A DNA stretch of 51,216 nt from a virus. Lineage: Duplodnaviria; Caudoviricetes. Shown here one piece after another: positions 20,225 to 28,241 of this stretch. The stretch spans positions 1-51,216 of the IMG/VR virus record IMGVR_UViG_3300046028_004317, one strand, 5' to 3'. The position numbers and the translations under genes were made by a program. Numbering within the stretch: the first letter of the stretch is position 1; each line of letters starts with the position of its first letter. Under the pieces are notes generated by a model. It worked only from the letters and a program-made list of their open reading frames with translations. It did not search any database and was not told the DNA's origin.

Positions 20225-21352
20225 ATGACTGTATATACAAATATCTTTGGCGGTTCAAATATTGCATCGGCAGAGTTCTCTTATGTTGAGGTTAACCTAA
20301 CCCAGCCTATCACCTACTTTAACTGGCCTGTTGAGGCATCTACCGGGGATAACCTTATCGCCGGGGTAATGGATATAACTCAAGACGCAGCGAGTAGGCA
20401 GCTCTGGTTGCCATCGGCGCTAGATGCGTCAAACGGCCAGACGATATTATTCAATAACATTGGGGCGTACAACTTCACTGTTTTTGACTCTGTTGGCGTT
20501 CAGGTTCTGGATGCTGCTCCGGGTACGACATGGCAGATCTACCTAACAGATAACACTACCGCTGGCGGGTTGTGGAGAACATTCCAGTATGGCGCTGCGA
20601 TATCAACAGCGAATGCATCTTCATTGGCGGGTACTGGAATCATTGCACTGGGGTCGTTGCTATCCCAGTCAATGCCAGTCGTTACATATACAGTTAGCCA
20701 TACAGCTGTCGTTCCTGATCGGGCCATGACATTCTTATGGACTGGTGGGGTTGGAGTCTTTTCCCTCCCGCTCGCATCCTTGGCTGGTAACAATTGGTTC
20801 GTTCAGTTTAAGAACGCTGGCAGCGGTATTGTTACGATCCAGCCAGTTGGATCAAACACAATTGATGGGCAGTTAAATCTGATCCTGCAGCCGCTTGACT
20901 CGGCAATCGTGATGACCGATGGAACGAACTACTTCTCCCTTGGTTATGGTCAGTCGGCATCCTTTGCATTTGATTACACCACCATAAATGTTGCCGGATC
21001 TGGGGTATACACCTTATCTGGTGCAGAGCTTAACCGAGTCGCGTACAACTTCACTGGCGCACTTACCAGCAACCGAGTAGTAGTTGTCCCAAACACAGTT
21101 CAGCAGTATTGGGTAACGAACTCAACAACTGGCGCATTCACCCTAGAAGTTAAGACTGTAACCGCTGGGGGCGAATTCATATCCCAAGGGGCGGCTGCGA
21201 TCATATATTCTAATGGCGCTCAAGTAGTGCCAGCTGAGACTTTCGGGGTTACGCTGCCTCTGTCAATTAGTCAGGGTGGAACTGGGGCGGTAACTGCAGC
21301 TGCTGCCCTTATAAATCTAGGCATCGATCCAGTTGATGGTGGGGTGTTTTAG
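20225..21352 (+). CDS. Tail protein
   Basis: Beta-rich; FTGALTSNRVVVVP...YWVTNSTTG; ISQGGTGA motif. Confidence 0.7.
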   Translation: MTVYTNIFGGSNIASAEFSYVEVNLTQPITYFNWPVEASTGDNLIAGVMDITQDAASRQLWLPSALDASNGQTILFNNIGAYNFTVFDSVGVQVLDAAPGTTWQIYLTDNTTAGGLWRTFQYGAAISTANASSLAGTGIIALGSLLSQSMPVVTYTVSHTAVVPDRAMTFLWTGGVGVFSLPLASLAGNNWFVQFKNAGSGIVTIQPVGSNTIDGQLNLILQPLDSAIVMTDGTNYFSLGYGQSASFAFDYTTINVAGSGVYTLSGAELNRVAYNFTGALTSNRVVVVPNTVQQYWVTNSTTGAFTLEVKTVTAGGEFISQGAAAIIYSNGAQVVPAETFGVTLPLSISQGGTGAVTAAAALINLGIDPVDGGVF

Positions 21353-22999
21353 GTGGCAACAACGCCAGTAGTCATTAAGTCTCTTGCCGGGATCAAGCGG
21401 GACGGGACTAAATTTGAGGGCGAGTACTATGTGGACGGCCAGTGGGTTCGATTCCAGCGTGGGCTGCCCCGTAAGATGAGCGGGTATCGCAATGTAACTG
21501 ACTATATTGCCGAGATAAGTCGCGGGATAAAGACATTCACACAGAATGGATATACCTATTTGCATACTGGTAGCGCGTCATACGTCCAGCGCATCACGAT
21601 GGATGAGAATGCAAATGCTGGCGGATCTGAGGATCGTACCCCGGCATCGTTAAACTTCAATGATAACAACCTGTGGCAGTTCGATGTCCTGTATGACTCA
21701 ATTAGCTTGGTTCCAAGCAACAAGATCATCGCACAGGTTGCGCCAAACTATCCTGCCCTATCGAATACCACTGGAGCTCAAGTATTTTATGGTGATGTTC
21801 GGTCAGGCGACCGCCTTATAGACTTAGCTATCCCAGAGGGTGTGGATGCTTCTGGCGGGATATGCGTACTCCACCCATATCTAACAGTATTTGGCGCAGA
21901 TGGATCAATCGGGTGGTCAGCCCCCGGCAACCCAGCAGACATGTCTGGTGAGGGTTCTGGTAATGCCCGGATTGCAGCTCAGAAGCTAGTCAGGGGCTTG
22001 CCACTTCGAGGTGGCCCCGGCAATGCACCATCAGGTCTATTCTGGTCACTGGATGCGGTAGTTAGGGGGTCGTTTGTTGGCGGAACACAAACCTTCCAGT
22101 TCGACACGATCAGTGCTCAGAGCTCTATCCTGTCGGCTGCGTCCGTTATTGAATATGATGGCGTTTACTTCTGGGTGGGCGCTGATAGGTTCATCATGTT
22201 CAATGGCGTTGTTCGGGATCTGCCGAATAATCTTAGCTTGAACTGGTTCTTCAATGGATTGAACCGGGAAGCTGCTCAGCGGGTATTTGCCTTCAAGGTT
22301 ACGCGATACGGTGAGATATGGTGGTGCTACCCAAGGGGTGCGGCCACAGAGTGTACGCATGCTGTTATCTATAATGTGCGTGAGAACACTTGGTATGACA
22401 CAGCTCTACCAAATGGCGGCAGGTCAGCTGGGGAGTTCACCACTCAGTACGCCACCCCATTCCTGATGGGCGCTGCACAGAACATATCTAGGCTTGATCC
22501 CGGCATCAGAATAACAGAGCTCCCAAATAGCGACATCCGCACAACCGCACCAGCTGGTGATGTGCGGATTATCTATTTCGGTGATAATTTTAAGTGCTGG
22601 CAGCATGAGGTTGGCGTTAACGAGATTGATATCAGTCGCCTTAACGCCATCGAGTCATACTTTGAGACTTCAGACATGAGTGCCCTTGTAACTCAGGGCC
22701 ATGCCAAGTCGTTGAGATGTGACCTGCTGGAGCCTGACTTTGTCCAGTCTGGTGACATGAGCGTGTCTGTTACTGGCCGCTCTAATGCTAGATCTGCAGA
22801 GATTCCGTCAGAGATCAGGACGTTCTCAGATAATCCAGCTACGCCATATGATCAGGTTGTATACTTCAAGGACATTAGAAGAGAGATGAGGTTCAGGTTC
22901 AGCTCCAACACCGTAAATGGTGACTATCAGATGGGTCAGATAATTGCCCATATGGAAGAGGCTGATGGAACTGTATTGGGCGCTACAAATACAAATTGA
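21353..22999 (+). CDS. Tail tubular B / stabilisation (nozzle)-like beta-propeller protein
   Basis: GTG start; GIKRDGT, WVRFQRGLP, EIWWCYP, YNVRENTWY; position in the tail module. Confidence 0.75.
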   Translation: MATTPVVIKSLAGIKRDGTKFEGEYYVDGQWVRFQRGLPRKMSGYRNVTDYIAEISRGIKTFTQNGYTYLHTGSASYVQRITMDENANAGGSEDRTPASLNFNDNNLWQFDVLYDSISLVPSNKIIAQVAPNYPALSNTTGAQVFYGDVRSGDRLIDLAIPEGVDASGGICVLHPYLTVFGADGSIGWSAPGNPADMSGEGSGNARIAAQKLVRGLPLRGGPGNAPSGLFWSLDAVVRGSFVGGTQTFQFDTISAQSSILSAASVIEYDGVYFWVGADRFIMFNGVVRDLPNNLSLNWFFNGLNREAAQRVFAFKVTRYGEIWWCYPRGAATECTHAVIYNVRENTWYDTALPNGGRSAGEFTTQYATPFLMGAAQNISRLDPGIRITELPNSDIRTTAPAGDVRIIYFGDNFKCWQHEVGVNEIDISRLNAIESYFETSDMSALVTQGHAKSLRCDLLEPDFVQSGDMSVSVTGRSNARSAEIPSEIRTFSDNPATPYDQVVYFKDIRREMRFRFSSNTVNGDYQMGQIIAHMEEADGTVLGATNTN

Positions 23000-23223
23000 T
23001 CACACTACCAGTTATAATAGGATTGCTCGATTGGACTGATCAGGTCGCACTCGATCTGAATGTTTATGGAGCGATTGAGAAGTTGGAAGATGAGAGTAAA
23101 TGGCAAGAATGGGCTGTTGTCTTTTGCACAATGCCGGGAATTAGCCAGAAAAACCCGCCCGATCCAAAGGGCTTTACCGATTGGCGAGAATGGGCCAGTC
23201 GATTCGCGCAAGTTATGACATAG
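22996..23223 (+). CDS. Small Trp-rich hypothetical protein
   Basis: TTG start overlapping the upstream stop; WQEWA...PDP..FTDWREWA. Confidence 0.65.
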   Translation: MITLPVIIGLLDWTDQVALDLNVYGAIEKLEDESKWQEWAVVFCTMPGISQKNPPDPKGFTDWREWASRFAQVMT

Positions 23224-23233
23224 GGAGAAAGTT

Positions 23234-23518
23234 GTGGATAAGTTAGAGCTTTTCAACAAAATCGTGAAAGCTGCAAAACCCGCAAGTAGAGAAGATTCAC
23301 AGTCAAGTACGCTGGATGAAATGCTTGGCGATCTAGGAATAGATAGCCTTGATGCGATCATGCTTAGCATTTACTTTTCAGAGATATATGGTGTCTCAGA
23401 AGGGGTTTCAAAGACATTGATGCCAGCAACGCCTCGGCAGTTCTTTGAGATGTATGAGGCCAATGCGACAAGCGACCAGAAGACGATAGACGAGGCGATT
23501 GCGAGTATTAAGCTTTAG
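23234..23518 (+). CDS. acpP: Acyl carrier protein
   Basis: Acidic, 94 aa; LGDLGIDSLD phosphopantetheine motif (Ser codon 23345-23347); gggag RBS with GTG start. Confidence 0.85.
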   Translation: MDKLELFNKIVKAAKPASREDSQSSTLDEMLGDLGIDSLDAIMLSIYFSEIYGVSEGVSKTLMPATPRQFFEMYEANATSDQKTIDEAIASIKL

Positions 23519-23519
23519 T

Positions 23520-24644
23520 ATGAAAACATACTTAACTCAATACAAAACGGTCTGCACAACAGAGACAAGGTTAATAGAAAATATCACTTATCCACAGAGG
23601 ATGCATTGGATACCAGAGGTATTCTCAAGGGTTCAGTCCGGCCTGTCTTATGTTCCGCATGAGCTGGTGAACAAGGTAGTTGTAAAAGAGATTGTTGATT
23701 ATGTGAAGGACAACCCGGTGGACGGTAAGACCGCATTCTTATTGGCGGCAGGGTCACAGGGATGGGCTGGCGGCAAGTCAAAGAACAAAGAGGTTCAGAC
23801 TGAGCTTGATTATGTTTACAAGCTTGGAATGTTGACAATGACCAACGTATACGCTGGAAGACTGGCGGCTATGTTTGAGGCATATGATTATGTAACGACT
23901 GATGCCAGTGCATGTGCGTCAGGGATTAAGTGCATGATGGATGCGAAGAACCTCATGGATAACTTGGGGTTCGATAGAGTGATTATAGTTGGAGCAGAGG
24001 ATCAGTCTTCTAAGCAAACGCTAGAGTACTTCGGCCAGATGAAGGCATCGTTACTGTCAACATCTGAAGATCAGGGCGGAATTCCATCTGCATTTGATAG
24101 CAAGAACTGTGGGTTTATTCTGGGTCATGGGGCAGGGATTATGATATTTGAGACCGAGACCGCTGTTAATAAGAACGCTGTTCAGCCAAAGGCTGAGCTT
24201 CTTAGCGCATACATTTCGGCAGAGCAGAACCCCAACCCAATTGGACAGAGAGAGGATGGTCAGGGATACCAGAGGGCTATTACAGGGGCTCTTGAGTTCG
24301 CCAAGAAGAAGGCAAAAGACATTAAGCTGGTGAAGACGCATGGAACTGGAACGCTTACCAATAACAAGGCCGAGAGGAACGCCCTCACAACAGTCCTCGA
24401 TGATTTCATAGCAACATCATATAAGCAGCATATTGGGCATACATTGGCCGCGAGTAGTTTGGTTGAAACAGGATTAATTCTTGACGACATCAAGAAGGGG
24501 ATCATTCCAGCTATTAAAAATAGAACGGAAGATGACGATATTTTCTTGTCGAAAGAGTCTGGTGTCCCTGATGGCTTGCTATTAAGCTTAGCATCTGGAA
24601 TGGGCAATATTTATGCAGCATCGATATTCGATACGAGGGTCTAA
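23520..24644 (+). CDS. Beta-ketoacyl-ACP synthase (FabB/FabF-like, divergent)
   Basis: DASACASG (Cys 23913), KTHGTGT (His 24339), SYKQHIGHTLAAS (His 24438), AFD...GFILGHGAG; ATG 1 nt after the ACP stop. Confidence 0.9.
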   Translation: MKTYLTQYKTVCTTETRLIENITYPQRMHWIPEVFSRVQSGLSYVPHELVNKVVVKEIVDYVKDNPVDGKTAFLLAAGSQGWAGGKSKNKEVQTELDYVYKLGMLTMTNVYAGRLAAMFEAYDYVTTDASACASGIKCMMDAKNLMDNLGFDRVIIVGAEDQSSKQTLEYFGQMKASLLSTSEDQGGIPSAFDSKNCGFILGHGAGIMIFETETAVNKNAVQPKAELLSAYISAEQNPNPIGQREDGQGYQRAITGALEFAKKKAKDIKLVKTHGTGTLTNNKAERNALTTVLDDFIATSYKQHIGHTLAASSLVETGLILDDIKKGIIPAIKNRTEDDDIFLSKESGVPDGLLLSLASGMGNIYAASIFDTRV

Positions 24645-24647
24645 ATT

Positions 24648-25103
24648 ATGTTAGTCGATAGTAAAAAGCAGATGCTGGTGGTGGAGGATCTAATGCGGAT
24701 TGCGGCAGAGATGGCAAATGAGGGGGTTCCAATGGAGTTGGTTCTGGCCGCATTTGTCAGAGAGGCCCAGATGCCAGACTCAAAGTTCTTTAGATATGGG
24801 AACACCATATTTATAGTTCACGGATCTGAAGAAGTCCCCGGCACAGGAATATTCCGTGCAATAAATGCAGACACCCCTCAGAACTATATTGAGAACTCCA
24901 GAAAGTGGATAGTTGACGCATACAATTCAGGATACTGGGCGCTCAGAACTCAGTTCAAGGATCAGTCGCTTATTAACCTATTCACGATACTTGCCAAGAA
25001 CCCCCCGCGCCCGAATATGGGATATCAAATCGGAGAGTCTGACGATGGGCAATTTATTGGAACCCTGATTCTAGGGCCAAGAACACCAGTACAGGGAGAA
25101 TAA
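24648..25103 (+). CDS. Hypothetical protein, possibly a degenerate GNAT-like acyltransferase
   Basis: About 150 aa with an alpha/beta pattern, in the slot between nozzle and internal proteins where podoviruses often carry a GNAT-like gene; the fold is an inference only. Confidence 0.45.
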   Translation: MLVDSKKQMLVVEDLMRIAAEMANEGVPMELVLAAFVREAQMPDSKFFRYGNTIFIVHGSEEVPGTGIFRAINADTPQNYIENSRKWIVDAYNSGYWALRTQFKDQSLINLFTILAKNPPRPNMGYQIGESDDGQFIGTLILGPRTPVQGE

Positions 25104-25104
25104 A

Positions 25105-27237
25105 ATGGCAGTTATTGTTCATTTGGTAAAGGATGTTGTTAAGACGGTTGTTAACGTAGTTAAGGACGTAGTTAAGGGTGACTTTGGTCATATAGACAAC
25201 AGCCTAGCTCATGGGTTTGAGGATGCAGGCAAACACATCTATAAGGACGTGATAAAGCCGATTGCTGATGATCCAATCAGGTTTATTGCAACAGTAGCTC
25301 CGTACTTTATCCCCGGCGTAGGCCCAATTGCTGGCTCCGTAATGTCTGGCGTGATGAATGCTGGCGTAGGCTTGGCAGAGGGCGAGAAGTTTGGGGATGC
25401 ATTGAAGTCTGGTGTGATAGCTGGCGCTACTGGTTATGCTGGTGGCGCACTTGCTGGTAAAGCATTTGGCAGCACTGTAGGAAAGACAATGACTGCTTCA
25501 GAAAAGGCTCTTTGGGGGGATCTTGGGCAAGTTGCTAAACCCGGAGTCACTAATCCCCTCGCAAACTCTCTCTATGGAGATCTTGGCAGCACAATAAATC
25601 CAAAAACAGGAACCTTTATTAAGAACCTAGAGATTGGCGCTCCAGCAGCATCTGATCTTGGCGCAGCATTTGACACATCCACAGCAGCTTTTAAAAACGC
25701 TGGAAGGGATGTTGGCGCAGAAGTTGGTAGGAATAGCAGAACCGCATCATTGTCAGCAGACCCATCTCTGTCACTTCCTTCGGTTGCGACTATTGAATCT
25801 GTCCCAGTAACGAATGTTGCAAGATCAGCCAACACAGCTGCTGCAGAGGGGGCTGCTGCAGAGGGGGCTGCGAATCCGCCGATGACAGTAAAAGAAATGA
25901 TGAGCATGACGCAAGAAGTCCCAGCTTCAATTGTAGAGAGAAGCTATGGGGCAGATGGGGCGGCTGCTATAGGAGATATATCAAGCGCCACAACAAAGGG
26001 TGCATCTGGAGAGGCAGGGGCGACATCCGGCAATATGCTATGGGATGGCGCCAAGTGGGTTATGGATAATCCAATCAAGTCTGGTCTTGGAATTCTAGCT
26101 TTAGACAAGCTGGGTGCATTTGGCGAAACTGGTGGAGCACCATCTGGAGCGCCATCTGGAGCACCAGACCTTTCCAGATATAACGCAACATTTGATCAGC
26201 CGTTAGATCAGTACGCCATGAGCCAGTCACGCAACCAGTATGGTGACGACCTTAACAAATACGCTGAGTCAGGCGGTGGAGAGTTTAAGTTCTTGAGCGA
26301 TCCTATGTATACGCCCGTTCCTGCAGCTGCAAGGGGTGGGTACGTTAGGATGGCTGATGGTGGCCCTGTAAATCAAGATCCATACAACAATGATCCTTAT
26401 GCCGCCCAACCAATGCCACAGCTACAAGGCCAAGGATTGCAGGCTATGCAAGGATATGCGGACGGTGGAAGTGTTAACCCTACAGATCGTGAGCGCATGA
26501 TGATGCAAGGTGCTGGAGCGGGTCTGCGAGGTTATGCAGACGGTGGATCTGTTGTTGAATATGCAGATCCTAACGTTCAGCAGATGCCAGTTGCCCAAGG
26601 TTACCAAGGATCAATGCCTTGGGGATCTTCTGGAGCGCTTCCTCAAGGTGGCCCGATGTCTGAGGCTGATCGTCAACAGATGCTGCAGCAGCTCGCACCC
26701 CTTACCGCATTGTCGATGAAGGGCGCTCCTCCAAGGCCCGGAACTCCGCAACAAGGTCAACAAGGTCAGCCAGTACGGCCCGGAACCCCGCAACAAGGTC
26801 AGCCGGGAACATTGAGTCAGATGGTAGCCCCAAGCAAGCAGAATCCTAACTACAAGTACTATGGTTATGGAACTGTTCCCCAGTCAGTTGCTCCCTCACA
26901 AGCGGCAGGAACTCTTGGTGGGGCGATGACCCAACAGGAACGTATCCGCCAACAGCAGCGGCTACATCAACAGATGCTGATGCAGAGACAGCAAGGTCGT
27001 TATGCAGGTGGCGGTAAGATTGCCGATGGCAGATCTGATGATGTTCCCGCAATGCTGTCCAATGGCGAGTATGTGATGGACGCTGAGTCTGTTGGATTGC
27101 TTGGGAATGGCTCGAGTGATGCTGGCGCTAAGAAGCTGGATGCGATGCGGGCAGCAATCAGAAAGCAAAAGGGTAAGGCTCTAGCTAAAGGGAAGATATC
27201 CCCTAACGCAAAAGCACCATCTAAATATCTAAAATAG
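25105..27237 (+). CDS. Internal virion/ejection protein with multiple x-A-x-GG motifs and C-terminal SDDVPAMLSNGEYV domain
   Basis: Amphipathic N-terminus, Gly/Ala hydrophobic segments, Q/P low-complexity region; MADGG, 2x YADGG, YAGGG. Confidence 0.75.
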   Translation: MAVIVHLVKDVVKTVVNVVKDVVKGDFGHIDNSLAHGFEDAGKHIYKDVIKPIADDPIRFIATVAPYFIPGVGPIAGSVMSGVMNAGVGLAEGEKFGDALKSGVIAGATGYAGGALAGKAFGSTVGKTMTASEKALWGDLGQVAKPGVTNPLANSLYGDLGSTINPKTGTFIKNLEIGAPAASDLGAAFDTSTAAFKNAGRDVGAEVGRNSRTASLSADPSLSLPSVATIESVPVTNVARSANTAAAEGAAAEGAANPPMTVKEMMSMTQEVPASIVERSYGADGAAAIGDISSATTKGASGEAGATSGNMLWDGAKWVMDNPIKSGLGILALDKLGAFGETGGAPSGAPSGAPDLSRYNATFDQPLDQYAMSQSRNQYGDDLNKYAESGGGEFKFLSDPMYTPVPAAARGGYVRMADGGPVNQDPYNNDPYAAQPMPQLQGQGLQAMQGYADGGSVNPTDRERMMMQGAGAGLRGYADGGSVVEYADPNVQQMPVAQGYQGSMPWGSSGALPQGGPMSEADRQQMLQQLAPLTALSMKGAPPRPGTPQQGQQGQPVRPGTPQQGQPGTLSQMVAPSKQNPNYKYYGYGTVPQSVAPSQAAGTLGGAMTQQERIRQQQRLHQQMLMQRQQGRYAGGGKIADGRSDDVPAMLSNGEYVMDAESVGLLGNGSSDAGAKKLDAMRAAIRKQKGKALAKGKISPNAKAPSKYLK

Positions 27238-27246
27238 GGATCAGAT

Positions 27247-28233
27247 ATGTCAATCTCAGACTTTCTATTTAATGGTGCTCCTCCAGCGTCTATCAAGACG
27301 TATGGAGTGGCGGCAACTACTCAGCCTGCGTGGTACTCAGATTACACGCAGGGCCTGATTGAAAAGGCTAATTCGATTGCATCATCGCCTTATCAACCCT
27401 ACGGATTGAATAGGGTTGCCGGGTTCGCTCCAGAGCAGCAGAAGGCGTTTGCTGGAGTTGATGCTGCTGCGGACTCTTGGAAGCCAGCGTTTAATCAGGC
27501 AGCTCAAGCTATAAATGCTGCCGGGAGCTCCACTGGCCTTTCTGCGGCTCAGCCATACTTCAATCAAGCCTCACGGACAATACCTAGCGGGGTTTCAGAC
27601 TACCTGAATCCGTATACTGAGAATGTAGTTAATAGGCTTGGGGATCTGGCTAAGAGGCAAGTATCTGAGAACCTTATTCCAACCGTTCAGGGGCAGTTCA
27701 CAGCTGGCGGCACATTTGGCGGAAGCAGGTCTGGTAAGGCATTGGCTCAAGGATTGAGAGATATCCAAGAGTCAACGATGGCCCAGCAATCTGCAGCACT
27801 TGAGCGTGGGTATACTCAGGCTGGCGCTCAGTTCACTTCAGATCAGAATAGATTGGCCCAACTGGGTCAGGCTTCTGGAGCTCTGCAGACATCAGACTTG
27901 AACAGATATCTTGATATCGCTCGTCAGCAAGAGACTCTTGGTGGATTGCAGCAGCAACTTGGGCTTACTGGATTGGCCGCGCAGGAAGCGGTTGGCGGTC
28001 AACAGCAGATGCAAAACCAAGCCAATCTTGATTGGGCATACAAAGACTTCTTGGCTCAGCGCGATAGGCCGCAGGATATGGTTTCATTCTTGAACCAGAC
28101 CCTTCGTGGGCTTGAGATACCTAGTCGGACAGCTACAGAGAATGTTGCTCCTGCACAGGTCTATCAGCCATCAGGTCTTGCATCTCTGGCAAATGCTGCG
28201 GTAACTGCTACAGCTCTTAGTAAAATTAAATAA
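27247..28233 (+). CDS. Internal virion / DNA transfer protein
   Basis: PAWYSDY, YQPY..NRVAGF, YLNPY, GTFGGSRS, Q/A-rich helices. Confidence 0.75.
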   Translation: MSISDFLFNGAPPASIKTYGVAATTQPAWYSDYTQGLIEKANSIASSPYQPYGLNRVAGFAPEQQKAFAGVDAAADSWKPAFNQAAQAINAAGSSTGLSAAQPYFNQASRTIPSGVSDYLNPYTENVVNRLGDLAKRQVSENLIPTVQGQFTAGGTFGGSRSGKALAQGLRDIQESTMAQQSAALERGYTQAGAQFTSDQNRLAQLGQASGALQTSDLNRYLDIARQQETLGGLQQQLGLTGLAAQEAVGGQQQMQNQANLDWAYKDFLAQRDRPQDMVSFLNQTLRGLEIPSRTATENVAPAQVYQPSGLASLANAAVTATALSKIK

Positions 28234-28241
28234 GAGGGATT

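Noticed and set aside
23234-24644. Host contamination or a complete fatty-acid/polyketide cluster
   Set aside because: The genes are tightly coupled to phage structural genes on both sides; no reductase, dehydratase, malonyl transferase or chain-length factor is present
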